From Candidatus Latescibacterota bacterium (GTDB lineage Bacteria; Latescibacterota; UBA2968; GCA-2709665), in NCBI GenBank assembly GCA_965226795.1, contig CBDDDZ010000005.1:768001-832000 (forward strand): a DNA stretch of 64,000 nucleotides, given 5' to 3'. The notes beneath the pieces are model-generated. The model was not told the DNA's origin, did not search any database, and worked only from the letters and a program-made list of their open reading frames with translations. This document shows positions 61,575 to 64,000 of this stretch, piece after piece. Position 1 is the stretch's first letter; the number at the start of each line of letters is the position of its first letter. Position numbers and translations under genes: made by a program.

Positions 61575-62252
61575 ATGTTTAGAACGATCAAGCCATTTGC
61601 ATTTCTGCTGATCGTGATGAGCGTGGGGGGTTGCGGCGCCTCGTTGATGGAATTGTCGCAGCGCGGCGACATCCAGGGCGTCCAGCGGGCCTTGCTCCGC
61701 GGAAGCGACGTGAACGCCACGACGCGTCACGGGCACACGCCATTGACGCTGGCGGCCAGGGAAGGGCACCTGGAGGTGGTTCAGGCATTGATCCAGGCCG
61801 GTGCGGATCTCGAAGCCAGGGCGTGGAGGTATATATTCGTTGCACAGGCAGAACAATATCCACGCGATCCCGAGTATGTCCGGGAACAGTTTGTCAATGT
61901 CGACAGTTCCGGTCCTCAGTCGCTGTTCATGGCTGAGCGAACAACCCGTGGTGACGCAATCCAGGTGCCGATAGACGGGAAGACAGCGATGATGTTCGCA
62001 GCTGAGATGGGCCACCTGGAAGTTGTTGAAGCGCTCATCCGGAGCGATGCGGACGTAAGTGCAAAGAGCGGCCGTTCCGGCGAACACATTTACAAGCCCA
62101 TCCGCAATCGTTACCAATCTTTTAACCGGCGGCTTAAACGTTCGAACGAAAGAAAAACCGCAATGGACTTTGCAATTGAGAACGGGCATAAGGATATCGT
62201 GAATCTTCTTATAAAGGCCGACCTGCGGTTGCTTGAAGTGAGCAACAGGTAA
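61575..62252 (+). CDS. Ankyrin-repeat lipoprotein (intron-free paralog of 58389-59888)
   Basis: SD GGAGGAGG; lipobox VGG-C; GHTPLTLAAREGH, GKTAMMFAAEMGH, KTAMDFAIENGH. Confidence 0.88.
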   Translation: MFRTIKPFAFLLIVMSVGGCGASLMELSQRGDIQGVQRALLRGSDVNATTRHGHTPLTLAAREGHLEVVQALIQAGADLEARAWRYIFVAQAEQYPRDPEYVREQFVNVDSSGPQSLFMAERTTRGDAIQVPIDGKTAMMFAAEMGHLEVVEALIRSDADVSAKSGRSGEHIYKPIRNRYQSFNRRLKRSNERKTAMDFAIENGHKDIVNLLIKADLRLLEVSNR

Positions 62253-62283
62253 GTGCTTTCAGTATTGGTGCCAGGTGTCGGGA

Positions 62284-62353
62284 CGGTCTCGTAATGGCGT
62301 TACCTTGCGAGACCGATTTTTTACGTATGGGCCAGTTGTGTCCATCATGTTCG
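62284..62353 (+). repeat. Conserved ~70 nt element, copy 2 (terminator-like hairpin plus tail) after ankyrin gene 2
   Basis: CGGTCTCGTAA-N10-TTGCGAGACCG-ATTTTTT, then GTATGGGCCAGTTGTGTCCATCATGTTCG. Confidence 0.75.
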
Positions 62354-62372
62354 AGAATGGAATGGAACGATC

Positions 62373-63962
62373 ATGGATCTGGTCATTACTGGCGGTACGG
62401 TAATTGACGGCACGGGTGCCGCTCCAGTCTGCGCCGACGTGGCCGTGGCCGACGGCAGGATCGTCGACGTCGGCCGGTTCCGGCGGCCGGAGGGCGTACC
62501 GTGTGTGGATGCGGCCGGCTGCTACGTGGCGCCCGGGTTTATCGATATTCACAGTCATTCCGATTTCACCCTGGTCGTGGACCCGCGGGCGGTGAGTTCG
62601 GTCATGCAGGGCGTAACGCTCGAGGTGGTGGGGAACTGTGGGCATGGGTGCGCGCCGATTGGCGACCCTGCGCGTGCCAGGGCGAACATATACGGATGTA
62701 GAGCCGAGCATAAGATTGACTGGCGCACCATGGGCGAGTACCTGGATCGCCTGGAGGCGCAGCGTCCGGCCGTAAATGTCATGACGCTGGTGCCCAACGG
62801 AAATCTGAGACTGGCGGTCTGCGAGGCGGTGGATCGTCCGTCCACGCCGGACGAACACAGGACGATGAAGCGCCTGCTGGCGCAGGGGATGGAGGAGGGG
62901 GCGGCGGGATATTCCACGGGCCTTGAATACGGTCCGGAGCGGGATTGCCCCGAGAGACAGATTTCCGAGCTGTGCGCGATCGCTGCCGAATACGGCGGGA
63001 TCTACTCGACCCATACCCGCAACCGTGTGGGAGAGGCGGAGGAGACCGTCGCGGAGGCGATTCGCACGGCCGAAACGGCAGACGCGCCCCTGCAGATCTC
63101 GCATATTTCGTCCGTTGCCAGGCTCGCGGAAGACGGTCGGTGGGCGGTCGAACAGGCGCTCGAGCAGGTCGACCGGGCGCGCAGCAGCGGGCTGGACGTG
63201 CAGTTCGATATGCATACACGGCTCTTCGGGACCACCAACTTGAGCGCCGCTCTGCCGCCATGGGCGCTGGAGGGACGTTCAAAAGACATCGCGAGGCGGC
63301 TGCGGGATCCGTCCGTCCGCCGCGAGATTGAAAGCTATCAGAGTATCGTTGCTGCGCTGGCGCAGGGCGACTGGGGACGGATCGTCATCTTCCACTCCCC
63401 CGCGCAGCCCGAGCTTACGGGGAAGCGTATTGCCGAACTCACTGCCGCCGGAACCGGCAATGCGATTGACGCCGTCTGCGATATTTTGTATGCGGGAATC
63501 GACTATCTGCACGAAATTATGGTGATCGCGTTCAGTTATCGCGAGGAGGACGTTCGACCGGCATTTGAACACCCGTTCTGCATGGTCGGATCCGATGCGA
63601 CCGCGCTGGCCGCGGACGGCCCGTTGAAGGATAATACTTTCCACGGCGCCTATACGTGGGCATCATGGTTTTTTCGTCATTTCGTCCGCGAACGGAAGCT
63701 GCTCAGTCCGCAGGAGGCCGTGCGCAGGTTGACGTCGCTGCCGGCCGCGCGGTTGGGGCTGACCGACCGCGGCGCGATACGCACGGGTGCGCGGGCGGAC
63801 CTGGCCATCTTCGATCCGAGTATGTTTGCCGAGAGAGGAACCACGTTAGAGCCCAATCGGACAGCCGTGGGTATGCGGCACGTGCTGGTAAACGGCGGCT
63901 TCACATTAAGGGACGGCGCTCTCACGGGACAGCGGTACGGCCGCGTGCTTCGCCGAGCCTGA
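62373..63962 (+). CDS. N-acyl-D-amino-acid deacylase (amidohydrolase family)
   Basis: GGTVIDGTG, APGFIDIHSHSD, VVGNCG, STGLEY, QISH, VGSD, TSLPAARLGL..RG, ADLAIFD. Confidence 0.9.
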   Translation: MDLVITGGTVIDGTGAAPVCADVAVADGRIVDVGRFRRPEGVPCVDAAGCYVAPGFIDIHSHSDFTLVVDPRAVSSVMQGVTLEVVGNCGHGCAPIGDPARARANIYGCRAEHKIDWRTMGEYLDRLEAQRPAVNVMTLVPNGNLRLAVCEAVDRPSTPDEHRTMKRLLAQGMEEGAAGYSTGLEYGPERDCPERQISELCAIAAEYGGIYSTHTRNRVGEAEETVAEAIRTAETADAPLQISHISSVARLAEDGRWAVEQALEQVDRARSSGLDVQFDMHTRLFGTTNLSAALPPWALEGRSKDIARRLRDPSVRREIESYQSIVAALAQGDWGRIVIFHSPAQPELTGKRIAELTAAGTGNAIDAVCDILYAGIDYLHEIMVIAFSYREEDVRPAFEHPFCMVGSDATALAADGPLKDNTFHGAYTWASWFFRHFVRERKLLSPQEAVRRLTSLPAARLGLTDRGAIRTGARADLAIFDPSMFAERGTTLEPNRTAVGMRHVLVNGGFTLRDGALTGQRYGRVLRRA

Positions 63963-64000
63963 CGGGCTTCAGACCCACATCGCGCTACTCCCGCATATTT

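Noticed and set aside
59917..62353. Integron attC cassette array
   Set aside because: The repeats lack paired RYYYAAC/GTTRRRY ends and no integrase is in the window. A lone GTCTAAC near 60007 has no partner.
1..64000. CRISPR arrays, tRNA/rRNA genes, transposases, prophage genes
   Set aside because: None recognised by eye. A tRNA-Sec or sel genes were not seen in this window either, so the Sec machinery must be checked elsewhere in the genome.

Overview
Bacterial, GC-rich chromosomal window. The gene mix (GWxTD protein, rny, Bacteroidetes-style short RpoD, several PhyH dioxygenases, ankyrin lipoproteins, TonB-dependent receptor) suggests a diderm FCB-related lineage, possibly host-associated; that is inference only. 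Positions 1-50 kb are mostly housekeeping: larC, M23 peptidase, rlmN, murA, CCA enzyme, cysC, murD, sigma-70, folB-folK-dNK-panB-panC, sodA, peroxiredoxin, iscA, rny, orphan nuoI, iscU-like, queG, miaB, lipA, fused IOR, a plant-HPR1-like dehydrogenase and dusA. Positions 50-64 kb form an amide/amidohydrolase catabolic cluster split by a ~4 kb insert (58.3-62.36 kb), which holds the two best discoveries. (1) A gene the ORF track misses (60085-60747) encodes a signal peptide, two in-frame UGA codons in a U-V-G-U (CxxC-spaced) motif, a SECIS-like hairpin and an outer-membrane beta-barrel-like domain. It is a candidate double-selenocysteine exported protein, in an apparent operon with a YHS-TlpA thioredoxin. 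(2) An RT-deleted class IIC group II intron (58461-59123) splits an ankyrin lipoprotein gene in phase 0, so that gene needs splicing by a maturase supplied in trans. Several single-base frameshifts in G runs may be assembly errors. All family calls come from motif recognition by eye; no searches were run.
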